Assembly: GCA_044450345.1 (NCBI GenBank) | Contig: JBIOIY010000033.1 | Span: 1 to 35,695, forward strand | DNA from: Thermodesulfovibrionales bacterium | GTDB lineage: Bacteria; Nitrospirota; Thermodesulfovibrionia; Thermodesulfovibrionales; UBA6898 | Reading direction: 5' to 3' | Length of the DNA: 35,695 nucleotides | In this document: positions 1 to 8,368 of the stretch, piece after piece | Position numbering within the stretch: the stretch's first letter is position 1 | Layout: each line of letters starts with the position of its first letter | Notes under the pieces: model-generated | What the model was told of the DNA's origin: nothing | The model's input: the letters and a program-made list of their open reading frames with translations, nothing else | Database searches by the model: none | Translations under genes and position numbers: made by a program

Positions 1-267
1 CAAACATCCATACGGGCTCTGTGGGATTGCTCCCGTGCAGGGGCGATGCGGCTACCTCTGCGGCACCAGAAAGTTATCGGTACCTGAACCGGCCTCATTC
101 AGCAAATGCAGTCGATGTCTGCACAAGGCAGCATCAGTTATCGTGGAGCTACCGGCCAGGGCAGATAATATCAAAGAACCTCTTGTATATTTAAGACAGG
201 GGGTGGCTACCAATCACAATTCTCGGGCTTATTAACCCAGTTTGCTTTCCCGGTATTGCCGCACCTG
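1..267 (-). ncRNA. Candidate IS110 bridge/seek RNA region downstream of the transposase
   Basis: No credible CDS; several short stems (e.g. GGGTT-AATA-AGCCC, TGTGCAGAC-ATC-GACTGCA). IS1111-type elements are known to encode their guide RNA downstream of the CDS. Boundaries unknown. Confidence 0.5.
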
Positions 268-1293
268 TCAGCCGAAAAGCTTTACCTCATCAAACGGAAC
301 CCCTTCCTTCATCATATGAAAAGTGGCGATTGCGATCTTATGAGCCAGTATGCAGTTTGCCACCATAGTTGCCGCATTGCCCTTTCTCCTGTTGGCATGT
401 TTATCCCTGAATTTTCTCAACGTGGGATAATACCGAACCGCAAGATTGGCAGCCTGAGTGAAAGCCCACTTCAGGTAATGATTCCCCTGATTGCTTCCCT
501 TGCCTCTTTTTACCTTGTCGGAGGATTGAGAGATACCGGGTACCAGACGGCAGTACGATGCAAACTGCCTGACGCTGTCAAACCTGCCGATATCTCCTAT
601 CTCGTAATAGATCGTCAAGCCAAGCACATACAGTACCCCGGGAATGGTCAAAAGAATCTTGAACTTCGGATCTTCCAAGGTGACTTTCTGTAAGTAAGTA
701 TTGAGCTCACTAATTTGATTGGACAACAGCTCAATCCTCTGCAGGATCATCACGCAGTAATCCTTAAGCTCCTGGGGGATCGGTATAATGTCAAAATCTG
801 AAGGTAAGAGCTGTTTCACTTCGTTGCCGCTCATGGTGTTAAGGTTATATTTCATAAACTGTACTCCGAGACTCGAATAACATTCGGCACGCTGCTGAAC
901 AAGTCCTGCCCTTCTCCTTAAAAGGTCTCTTAGGGGTCTTTTCTCTTTAGGATAAATATATGCCTCCGGGATCTCTCCCATCCTCAGAAGCTTTGCCAGC
1001 TTAAATGCATCTCTCCTGTCAGTCTTAACCTTCGCCCCTGTTATCATGTACAAACCCAGTGTGTGTGCCAGCCTCACATCGTATCCCGCTTCCATAAGCC
1101 CATCCACAATCCAATACCAGTTAATCGTGGATTCAATGGCAATATGCACATCCTTGCCGAAGGGCTTGAGAAATTGAAGAATGAGTGCAAGATCATTATT
1201 GAGATTCTCCTCCTTTACCTTCTTCCCCTCCCTGTCTATAACACAGACATGGGATTTCTTGGAATGCAGATCGATTCCAGAGTAAAATGTCAT
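268..1293 (-). CDS. IS110-family transposase/recombinase (DEDD RuvC-like domain plus C-terminal Tnp domain)
   Basis: Motifs GIDLH, AIES, KTDRRDA (D-E-D-D tetrad), LLTIPGV, FASYCRLVPGISQSS, GNHYLKWAF. Start taken at ATG 1293 with AGGAGG RBS just upstream, rather than ORF-track 1347. Confidence 0.95.
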   Translation of the reverse strand: MTFYSGIDLHSKKSHVCVIDREGKKVKEENLNNDLALILQFLKPFGKDVHIAIESTINWYWIVDGLMEAGYDVRLAHTLGLYMITGAKVKTDRRDAFKLAKLLRMGEIPEAYIYPKEKRPLRDLLRRRAGLVQQRAECYSSLGVQFMKYNLNTMSGNEVKQLLPSDFDIIPIPQELKDYCVMILQRIELLSNQISELNTYLQKVTLEDPKFKILLTIPGVLYVLGLTIYYEIGDIGRFDSVRQFASYCRLVPGISQSSDKVKRGKGSNQGNHYLKWAFTQAANLAVRYYPTLRKFRDKHANRRKGNAATMVANCILAHKIAIATFHMMKEGVPFDEVKLFG

Positions 1294-1428
1294 AGCGGCC
1301 TCCTTTGTGTGGCGATTTTTTGAATGCGAACCAATTATCACATTCAAGGGAGGTCGCTCTCAATAATTATCAGGTTCAGAAAATCGCAATTGGTGTCAGG
1401 TACAGGAAGAAGTCTGAAAAAGAAGTCC

Positions 1429-1665
1429 TTACTTCGCTGCGCTGTGCAATTCTTCTTCTCCCTTCTCAGAAAGGAATATTTTTAAAAGAGACTGATAGGG
1501 ATCATCCCGCTTATTCGCAGGTACTTTAAGATGCTCAATAAGCGATTCGGGCAGACGAATCGAGATCGTCCTTGTGGATGGCTTTAACTTCGGAAAAACA
1601 ACCCGTTTCGCCATCGAGTAGTCGATGTACTGAGTGAACAGCAGATACCCATAAAAATCCGGTTC
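1429..1665 (-). pseudogene. Degraded CopG/BrnA-like ribbon-helix-helix antitoxin
   Basis: (TQYIDYS)MAKRVVFPKLKPSTRTISIRLPESL...ANKRDDPYQSLLKIFL resembles this antitoxin family; the N-terminal part looks frameshifted or missing and no toxin gene is adjacent. Confidence 0.65.
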
Positions 1666-1700
1666 GCGTATAATAATTGTGTTTCTCTAAAACGATAAAT

Positions 1701-3248
1701 ATGAACAGGTCCATTTTTCCCATAATAATTGCCGCTGCTATGTTCCTTTCGCTTTTCAGGCTCGGGGCACCGAGACTGTTCGATGTCGATGAGGCTGTTT
1801 TTTCGGAGGCGACCAGGGAGATGGTAATCAGCCGGGACTGGATAACGCCCACGTACAACGGAGAAAACCGTTATGACAAGCCGATCCTCTTCTATTGGCT
1901 CATGGCCGCGTCCTACAAGGTTTTCGGCATCAACGAGTTCGGCGCAAGATTTCCCTCCGCATGCGCCGCAGTGCTGCTGATCTGTTTCCTTTTTCTCTCA
2001 GTGAAGTCTTTCGGCGGCGGGGAATCCGCACCCTACTCAGCCTTGTCGGCCGCACTTTCGGCGTATTATCTCGTATATTCCAGGGCGGCGGTGACAGACA
2101 TGACCCTTACCCTTTTCATCGCCCTTTCCCTTTTTTCCTTCTATCGCTCGTCCACAGAAGGTCCCGCCGGCAACCGTATGTACCTGTACGGCTTCTATCT
2201 TTTTGCGGCTCTCGCCTTCCTTACGAAGGGACTTATTGGGATCATTTTCCCTTTTGGGATAGCGATCGTATACTCGGCTGTTGCTGAGGGACTCCGCGGA
2301 ATAAAGAAGGTCTTTTCCTTTAAAGGCCTCCTGCTCTTTATTGCCGTAGCCGCACCCTGGTATCTTGCAGAAGTCATAATAAACGGCAGGGAGTTCATCG
2401 ACCAGTTCTTCATTAAGCACCACTTCAGGAGATATACAGACGTCATATCGGGGCATAGGGGGCCGGTTTATTATTACCTCATCGTTATCGTAATAGGGTT
2501 GTTCCCCTGGATATCCTTCCTCCCCTCGGGTATCAGAAGCGCGTTGGGAAAAAGGAACCCGTTTCATCTCTTCGCCTTTGTATGGCTGGCCTTCATATTC
2601 CTTTTCTTTTCTTTATCCACTACGAAACTTCCTAATTATATACTCCCGGCTTTTCCGGCCGCTGCAGTGCTGATAGGGGCCGGGATATCTGAGGAGAAAG
2701 GTAACTGGAGGCGGTATTCTTTTCTCTCGATGGGGGTATTGTCCGTCATGATGGGTATCGCATTGATTTATCTTACCGAGGAATACCTCCCCAAAATCGG
2801 CGTCGCACATGCGGCATGGCCCCTCGTGGCGGCCTTCACCGTCCTTTTAAGCGGAGCGCTCTGTCTGTATTCCGCATTTTCAAGGCGTGACGTCTATAGA
2901 CCAATCGCAGGCCTTATGACCGTTTTTTTTGCGGCGTTGTTGATGGGGGCGCTTCCCCTTGCAAGCGACTATCTCCAGGGCACACTGCACAAATACAGTC
3001 TCTATGCGAAAGACAGACTGAGGCCGGATGAAGGGGTCATCGTATTCGGGATAAACAACCCGAGCATCGCCTTTTATTCCGAGAGAAAAATTATGAGCGC
3101 ACACAACAAAGAAGAGCTCGGCTCCCTTGCCAGAAAAGGTGTGCACGCCGTCGTTATTTCGAAGACAAAAGACGTCGACCTGTTGCAGGACTCCGGGTAC
3201 ACCTTGATCGAGAGCGATACGCATTATGCGATCTTTGAAACAAAATGA
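1701..3248 (+). CDS. ArnT/PMT_2-family (GT39/GT83-like) polyprenyl-phosphate-sugar glycosyltransferase, polytopic membrane protein
   Basis: DVDEAVFSEATREM, WITPTYNGENRYDKPILFYWL, FGINEFGARFPSA, LTKGLIG, FFSLSTTKLPNYILP; many TM segments. Start taken at ATG 1701. Confidence 0.9.
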   Translation: MNRSIFPIIIAAAMFLSLFRLGAPRLFDVDEAVFSEATREMVISRDWITPTYNGENRYDKPILFYWLMAASYKVFGINEFGARFPSACAAVLLICFLFLSVKSFGGGESAPYSALSAALSAYYLVYSRAAVTDMTLTLFIALSLFSFYRSSTEGPAGNRMYLYGFYLFAALAFLTKGLIGIIFPFGIAIVYSAVAEGLRGIKKVFSFKGLLLFIAVAAPWYLAEVIINGREFIDQFFIKHHFRRYTDVISGHRGPVYYYLIVIVIGLFPWISFLPSGIRSALGKRNPFHLFAFVWLAFIFLFFSLSTTKLPNYILPAFPAAAVLIGAGISEEKGNWRRYSFLSMGVLSVMMGIALIYLTEEYLPKIGVAHAAWPLVAAFTVLLSGALCLYSAFSRRDVYRPIAGLMTVFFAALLMGALPLASDYLQGTLHKYSLYAKDRLRPDEGVIVFGINNPSIAFYSERKIMSAHNKEELGSLARKGVHAVVISKTKDVDLLQDSGYTLIESDTHYAIFETK

Positions 3249-3453
3249 GTCGGCTCGCCGGCACTCTGCATGAAAGCCCTCTGCCCTGCTGACACTGACT
3301 AAATCAGGATAGTGGGTCAGTTTCATTTTCTCAAACCGACCCTGCCTGAATTATCCTTGAATTGCACCTCTCTTTTTTTTGTGCTATGTAATATGTGTGG
3401 TCCTCAGCGATCACTTCACGCAAAATTGTCCCTCCCCTGGAGGTATGAATAGT

Positions 3454-5601
3454 ATGGACGACGCAAAAGAGACATTCCCTGATATACCGGAGAGGATAGC
3501 CGGTCTGAAGGAACTCGCATACAACCTGTGGTGGAGCTGGCACCCCGAGGCGCGGATGCTGTTTAAGATGCTGAGCCGTGCCGCCTGGAAGCTGAGTGTA
3601 CATAACCCTGTAAAGATGCTTCACGACGTCGACAAGGAGACCTTCGAGGCGGCTGCCAAGGATGCAAAGTTTCTCAGACATCACGATGCGGTGATGGCGA
3701 GATTCAGGTCCGATATGAGCCCCTCCGGCGACTGGTTCTCTTCGCGTATCGCAGATGCAAAGCTGCTGCCGATCGCATACTTTTCGGCCGAATACGGTCT
3801 CCATCATTCATTTCCCTTTTACGCCGGAGGGCTTGGGTTCCTGGCAGGGGATTTCCTCAAGGAATGCAGCGACCTCGGCGTTCCCATCGTTGCGATGGGG
3901 TTCATGTACCCCGAAGGGTACTTACGACAAAAGATATCCCCTGACGGCTGGCAGTCCGCCGAGAGCGAAAGGATCGACAGGGAAAACGCCCCGATCACCC
4001 GCATTATGGATGCGCAGGGCAACCGTCTGACGGTGAGGGTCCCGTTCATCGAGCCGCCTATCTACGTCGAGGTATGGAAGGTCCGGGTCGGGAAGGTCAC
4101 CCTCTATCTCATGGATACCGATATCGATGCGAACGATCCGTGGAACAGGGGCATCACTTCGCATCTCTATGCCGGAGGAAACGAACAAAGGTTGAGACAG
4201 GAGATAGTCCTGGGCATCGGCGGCGCCGAGGTTCTCGCTACCCTTGGCATAAGGCATTCCGTACTTCACCTCAACGAAGGCCATCCGGCATTTGCCATCC
4301 TTGAGAGGATAAGAGAAAAGGTCGGGGATGGCATGAGCTTTGAAGAGGCATTCAAAAAGGTCAGGGAGACCACGGTCTTCACAACCCATACCCCGGTCCC
4401 CGCGGGCCATGACGTCTTCCCCTTCGAGCTTATAGAAAAGTATTTCAACTCCTACTGGCCGTCGCTCGGACTATGCTGCGACGCCTTCTTTCAACTCGGC
4501 ATCGATCCCCGGAACCCGACCGCCGGTTTCAACATGACCGCCTTTGCGCTGAGGGCGTCAGCCTTTCACAATGCGGTGAGCCGGAAACATGCGGAGGTCG
4601 CAAAAAAAATGTGGCAGACCCTGTGGCCTGACGTCCCGGAGGATAAAGTCCCGATCATCCATATCACCAACGGCGTCCACGTCCCGACATGGGTGGAACC
4701 GAGGGCCGAACTCCTTTACAACAAGTACCTCGGCCCTCACTGGCTTGCCGACCATGACAACCCTGATATATGGGAACTCATCGATGATATCCCCGACCGG
4801 GAGCTCTGGACCAACCATTACTGGCACAAGATGAAGCTCATCCTGAGGATAATGGACAGGGCAAGGCAGCGGTGGCTTGAGGCGCCCGAGCCGAGGCTGA
4901 TCCTCGCGTCCGGAGTGCTGTTGGACCCGAACGTGCTTACCATCGGTTTCGCCCGCAGGTTCGCCACCTACAAGAGGGCGACACTGATATTCCAGGACGT
5001 CGAACGCCTGAGAAAGATACTCACGGACAGGTGGAAACCCGTCCAGGTCATCTTCGCAGGGAAGGCCCACCCGGCAGACGAACCGGGGAAACAGTTGCTC
5101 CAGAAAGTATTCAACGCCTCCAAAGACCCTTCTTTCGGAGGGCGTATAGCCTTTGTAGAGGATTACGATGAGCAGTTGGCGCAGTACCTTGTGCACGGCG
5201 TCGATGTCTGGCTGAACAACCCGCTCCCGCCGCTCGAGGCATGCGGCACGAGCGGGATGAAGGCGTCCCTTAATGGTGTGCCGCATCTGAGCATCCTCGA
5301 CGGATGGTGGTCCGAGGGGTTTAACGGCAGGAACGGATGGGGATTCGAAGGAAATGAAGGAGCAGACAGGGACGTGCAGGACGCACAATCCCTCTACAAT
5401 TTACTAGAAAAACAGGTGGTCCCCATGTATTACCGCGCCGACGATGACGGCGTCCCTCATGAATGGGTGAGGATCATGAAAGAGGGGATAAAGAGTACCG
5501 CTCCTTCTTTCAGCGCCAGAAGGATGACCAAGGAATACGCAGAGAAATTTTACCGCGAGGCCCTTAAATCAGTGATCGGGGAAACGAAGTCAGCCGTGTA
5601 G
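3454..5601 (+). CDS. glgP: Alpha-glucan (glycogen) phosphorylase
   Basis: AYFSAEYG, YAGGLGFLAGD, HLNEGHPAF, FTTHTPVPAGHD, ITNGVH, FARRFATYKR, EACGTSGMKA (PLP lysine). GGAGGT RBS at 3439-3444. Confidence 0.95.
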   Translation: MDDAKETFPDIPERIAGLKELAYNLWWSWHPEARMLFKMLSRAAWKLSVHNPVKMLHDVDKETFEAAAKDAKFLRHHDAVMARFRSDMSPSGDWFSSRIADAKLLPIAYFSAEYGLHHSFPFYAGGLGFLAGDFLKECSDLGVPIVAMGFMYPEGYLRQKISPDGWQSAESERIDRENAPITRIMDAQGNRLTVRVPFIEPPIYVEVWKVRVGKVTLYLMDTDIDANDPWNRGITSHLYAGGNEQRLRQEIVLGIGGAEVLATLGIRHSVLHLNEGHPAFAILERIREKVGDGMSFEEAFKKVRETTVFTTHTPVPAGHDVFPFELIEKYFNSYWPSLGLCCDAFFQLGIDPRNPTAGFNMTAFALRASAFHNAVSRKHAEVAKKMWQTLWPDVPEDKVPIIHITNGVHVPTWVEPRAELLYNKYLGPHWLADHDNPDIWELIDDIPDRELWTNHYWHKMKLILRIMDRARQRWLEAPEPRLILASGVLLDPNVLTIGFARRFATYKRATLIFQDVERLRKILTDRWKPVQVIFAGKAHPADEPGKQLLQKVFNASKDPSFGGRIAFVEDYDEQLAQYLVHGVDVWLNNPLPPLEACGTSGMKASLNGVPHLSILDGWWSEGFNGRNGWGFEGNEGADRDVQDAQSLYNLLEKQVVPMYYRADDDGVPHEWVRIMKEGIKSTAPSFSARRMTKEYAEKFYREALKSVIGETKSAV

Positions 5602-5642
5602 ATGCCTGACATCCCCGCACCTGCCCCCAATTCCCGCCGCTG

Positions 5643-5696
5643 AAAAAAAATCCCGACAGGCGCGGATGTCAATAATCATATGGCGCCTGCCGGGGA
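5643..5696 (-). terminator. Probable intrinsic terminator between convergent glgP and ferritin-like gene
   Basis: Imperfect inverted repeat CCCGACAGGCGC / GCGCCTGCCGGG with A8 on the left (U-tract on minus strand); loop is unusually long. Confidence 0.5.
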
Positions 5697-5710
5697 GCGG
5701 ATATCAGGGA

Positions 5711-6187
5711 TTACGTAACGAAAACCGTCGCCCTCTTAAGGTCTTCGAGCCTTGTTAAGAGGTTGTGGTGTTTATGCTCGTCTGCGATAAGATAGGAAAG
5801 CACATAACGGGTAACGAAGAGTTCGCTTTTTTCCAAGGCCTCTTCCGCCAGTTGCAGAGACATGGCCTCCGCCGTGATATGCTTGTTCAGTCCTGAGCCC
5901 AGCGCGTTGAGGTCGTCCGGGCTCAGGATAAAGGGCTCCTTTGTGACGCTGTCTATGAGCATCTGCTGCATCGCCTTGTGTTTCTGAGAGTCGCTCTTGA
6001 TCATCTCCATAGTCATCCTTATAAGACGGTTACTCGTCTTTTTCAGCAGTTCCTCGGAGAACCTGATCGTCTCGTCCTCAAGGCGCTGCCATTCCTTAAT
6101 GACCCCCAGGAACTCTTTAGACAGTTCTACCGGTTTTCTCTTGGATTTATCCGTCTTGCTTTTCTTTGCCGGTGCTCTTTGTGCCAT
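5711..6187 (-). CDS. Ferritin-like four-helix-bundle protein
   Basis: Twofold helical pattern E...DSQKH and E...DEHKH resembling di-iron E/ExxH ligands; AAGGAGGT RBS. Confidence 0.7.
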   Translation of the reverse strand: MAQRAPAKKSKTDKSKRKPVELSKEFLGVIKEWQRLEDETIRFSEELLKKTSNRLIRMTMEMIKSDSQKHKAMQQMLIDSVTKEPFILSPDDLNALGSGLNKHITAEAMSLQLAEEALEKSELFVTRYVLSYLIADEHKHHNLLTRLEDLKRATVFVT

Positions 6188-6306
6188 TTCAATACCTCCT
6201 TTTAGTCCTTTTATTTTCTTCCCATTTATAAAAACTCCCGCGAGTCTGCACCCATATTAAGAGACACCCATTCTCTCACCTCCTCTATGCACAAAGGCCT
6301 GATTCC

Positions 6307-6334
6307 ATGCTATCAAATAAGGGCGGGATGTCAA
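6307..6334 (-). promoter_or_regulatory. Sigma70-type promoter for ferritin-like gene
   Basis: Minus strand TTGACA (6334-6329), 16 nt spacer ending TGA, TAGCAT (6312-6307). Confidence 0.6.
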
Positions 6335-6358
6335 GAGTGTGAAATGAGTGTGAAATGA
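6335..6358. repeat. 11-bp tandem direct repeat GAGTGTGAAAT x2 (+GA)
   Basis: Directly visible, abutting the -35 of the minus-strand promoter. Confidence 0.85.
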
Positions 6359-6394
6359 CCGGAGTGTCCTAAGGACATTACCACATGGCTGCGG

Positions 6395-6423
6395 TTGACC
6401 GCGATATCAGGGGATGCTACGCT
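6395..6423 (+). promoter_or_regulatory. Sigma70-type promoter for archease-rtcB
   Basis: TTGACC, 17 nt spacer ending TGC, TACGCT; start codon only 5-8 nt downstream. Confidence 0.55.
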
Positions 6424-6428
6424 AAAAA

Positions 6429-6878
6429 GTGATGATACCCTACGAGTTTCTCGATATCTCAGGCGACGCCGGTTTAAGGGCATCCGGCAGAACGGCGGAA
6501 GAACTCTTCGTCAATGCCGCCCTCGGTATGTACGATCTGATAATAGACATGGAGGACGTGCGCAAGACCGAAACAGTCGAGATATCACTGACGCACGATT
6601 CCCCGGAAGGACTTCTCGTCTCCTGGCTTAACGAGCTTATCTTCAGGTTTGATGCCCACGGGTTTATCGCGAAAGAGATCATAATCAATGAGTTTCTTTT
6701 CGGTGGAGATATCAAAGGGAACGGACCTGCCTATTCTATAAAGGCCTCGTTGTCAGGGGAGTATTTCGACCCGGCGAGACATCAAGGAAAGTTGCTGCTG
6801 AAAGCAGCGACTTATCACAAACTGAAAATTGAGAATGAAAACGGCCGCTGGACGGCTGAAATCATCTTCGACATCTGA
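6429..6878 (+). CDS. Archease (RtcB activator, SHS2 domain)
   Basis: YEFLDISGDAGLRASG, EGLLVSWLNELIF, LKAATYHKL, C-terminal IIFDI; directly upstream of rtcB. Confidence 0.93.
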   Translation: MMIPYEFLDISGDAGLRASGRTAEELFVNAALGMYDLIIDMEDVRKTETVEISLTHDSPEGLLVSWLNELIFRFDAHGFIAKEIIINEFLFGGDIKGNGPAYSIKASLSGEYFDPARHQGKLLLKAATYHKLKIENENGRWTAEIIFDI

Positions 6879-6918
6879 AACCGCTCCAGGAGTCGGGTAT
6901 AATAAAGAATGGGTAATA

Positions 6919-8364
6919 ATGGTATCAGATAAACTTAGAAGGTTAGATGAAACGAGGATCGAGGTGCCTGTCGATTACAAAAAGGGGATGCGGGTCCCGG
7001 GGATTATCTATCTCGACAGCGTACTCGAAAAAGAGCTCGAACCCCAGGCGGTCGAACAGGTTGCAAACGTCGCCACCCTGCCCGGTATCGTGAAATGCTC
7101 CACAGCAATGCCGGATATTCATAACGGATACGGGTTCCCTATCGGGGGAGTTGCTGCATTTGATCTCAAAGAAGGGATCATCTCTCCCGGGGGCGTGGGG
7201 TACGATATAAACTGCGGGGTAAGACTCCTCAGAAGCAATCTCAGGAAAGAGGAGGTCCTTCCGCGGATAAAAGACCTCGTGGATGTCCTCTACCGCGAAG
7301 TCCCCTCGGGAGTGGGTTCGAAAGGCAAGATGCGCCTCGGCCCGGATGACGAAAAAAAGATATTGGTGAAAGGCGCCCGCTGGGTGATCGAAAACGGCAT
7401 GGGCGATCCCTCGGACATCGAGAGGACAGAGTCGGGGGGACAGATCGCCGGGGCGGACCCTTCCCTTATCAGCAGCAAGGCATACGACCGGGGCAGGGCC
7501 CAGCAAGGGACACTCGGCTCAGGCAACCATTTCCTGGAGGTCCAGTATATCGATGAAATATATGATGAACAAGCGGCAAACGGCCTTGGGTTGTTCAGGG
7601 ACCAGGTGACCGTGATGATCCATACCGGCTCAAGGGGGTTCGGGCACCAGGTATGCACTGATTTTCTCGAAGTAATGGAGCGGGCCGCCGGCAAATACGG
7701 GATCGAACTCTACGACAAAGAACTCGCATGCGCACCCTTTCAAAGTCGGGAGGCGCAGGATTATCTCGCTGCAATGAGGGCGGCGGCGAATTATGCGTGG
7801 GCGAACAGGCAGTGCATCATGCACTGGACGCGGGAGGCATTCATGAACGTCTTCAGCTCATCTCCCCGCGGTCTGGGGATGAGTCTGGTTTACGACGTTG
7901 CCCACAACATCGCCAAGGTTGAAGACCATATCGTCAATGGAGAAAAGAGAAAGCTGATCGTCCACAGGAAGGGCGCGACCCGCGCTTTTCCCCCCGGACA
8001 TCCTGAGCTTCCCGATATATACAGGCATCTTGGGCAGCCGGTCCTCATCCCCGGTGACATGGGCAGGGCCTCCTTTGTGCTCCTCGGCACGGAAAAGGCA
8101 ATGGCGGAGACCTTCGGCTCGACCTGCCACGGAGCGGGAAGAGTGATGTCCCGGCACCAGGCGATAAAACTGGCAAGGGGAAGAAAGATCTGGCGGGAGC
8201 TCGAAGAGAGGGGCATCATCGTAAGGTCAGCGGGCAGGGAGACCCTCGCAGAGGAGATGAGCGACGCCTACAAAGACATCTCTGCTGTAGTCGAGGTAGT
8301 CCGGAAGGCGGGGATATCGAAGAAGGTCGCACGGCTGAGACCCATGGGTGTGGTGAAGGGATGA
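6919..8364 (+). CDS. rtcB: RtcB RNA 3'-phosphate/5'-OH ligase (archaeal/eukaryotic-like type)
   Basis: MPDIHNGYGFPIGGV, VGYDINCGVR, GTLGSGNHFLE, HTGSRGFGH, YDVAHN, HRKGATRA, PGDMG, STCHGAGR. Start taken at ATG 6919. Confidence 0.96.
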   Translation: MVSDKLRRLDETRIEVPVDYKKGMRVPGIIYLDSVLEKELEPQAVEQVANVATLPGIVKCSTAMPDIHNGYGFPIGGVAAFDLKEGIISPGGVGYDINCGVRLLRSNLRKEEVLPRIKDLVDVLYREVPSGVGSKGKMRLGPDDEKKILVKGARWVIENGMGDPSDIERTESGGQIAGADPSLISSKAYDRGRAQQGTLGSGNHFLEVQYIDEIYDEQAANGLGLFRDQVTVMIHTGSRGFGHQVCTDFLEVMERAAGKYGIELYDKELACAPFQSREAQDYLAAMRAAANYAWANRQCIMHWTREAFMNVFSSSPRGLGMSLVYDVAHNIAKVEDHIVNGEKRKLIVHRKGATRAFPPGHPELPDIYRHLGQPVLIPGDMGRASFVLLGTEKAMAETFGSTCHGAGRVMSRHQAIKLARGRKIWRELEERGIIVRSAGRETLAEEMSDAYKDISAVVEVVRKAGISKKVARLRPMGVVKG

Positions 8365-8368
8365 TCCC

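Larger units (their letters stand above)
1..1372 (-). mobile_element. IS110/IS1111-like insertion sequence; downstream end probably beyond the window, upstream boundary approximate
   Basis: Transposase, short (~80 nt) upstream end with an inverted repeat and TGATAAT, long (>=267 nt) non-coding downstream end; visibly more AT-rich than host genes. Confidence 0.8.

Noticed and set aside
35..693. Plus-strand ORFs 35-235 and 256-693
   Set aside because: Antisense to the IS110 element, with no RBS or recognisable domain.
3431..3443. CCTCC-CCT-GGAGG hairpin over the glgP RBS as a riboswitch or thermometer
   Set aside because: Only a 5-bp stem with no aptamer-like context; not enough support.
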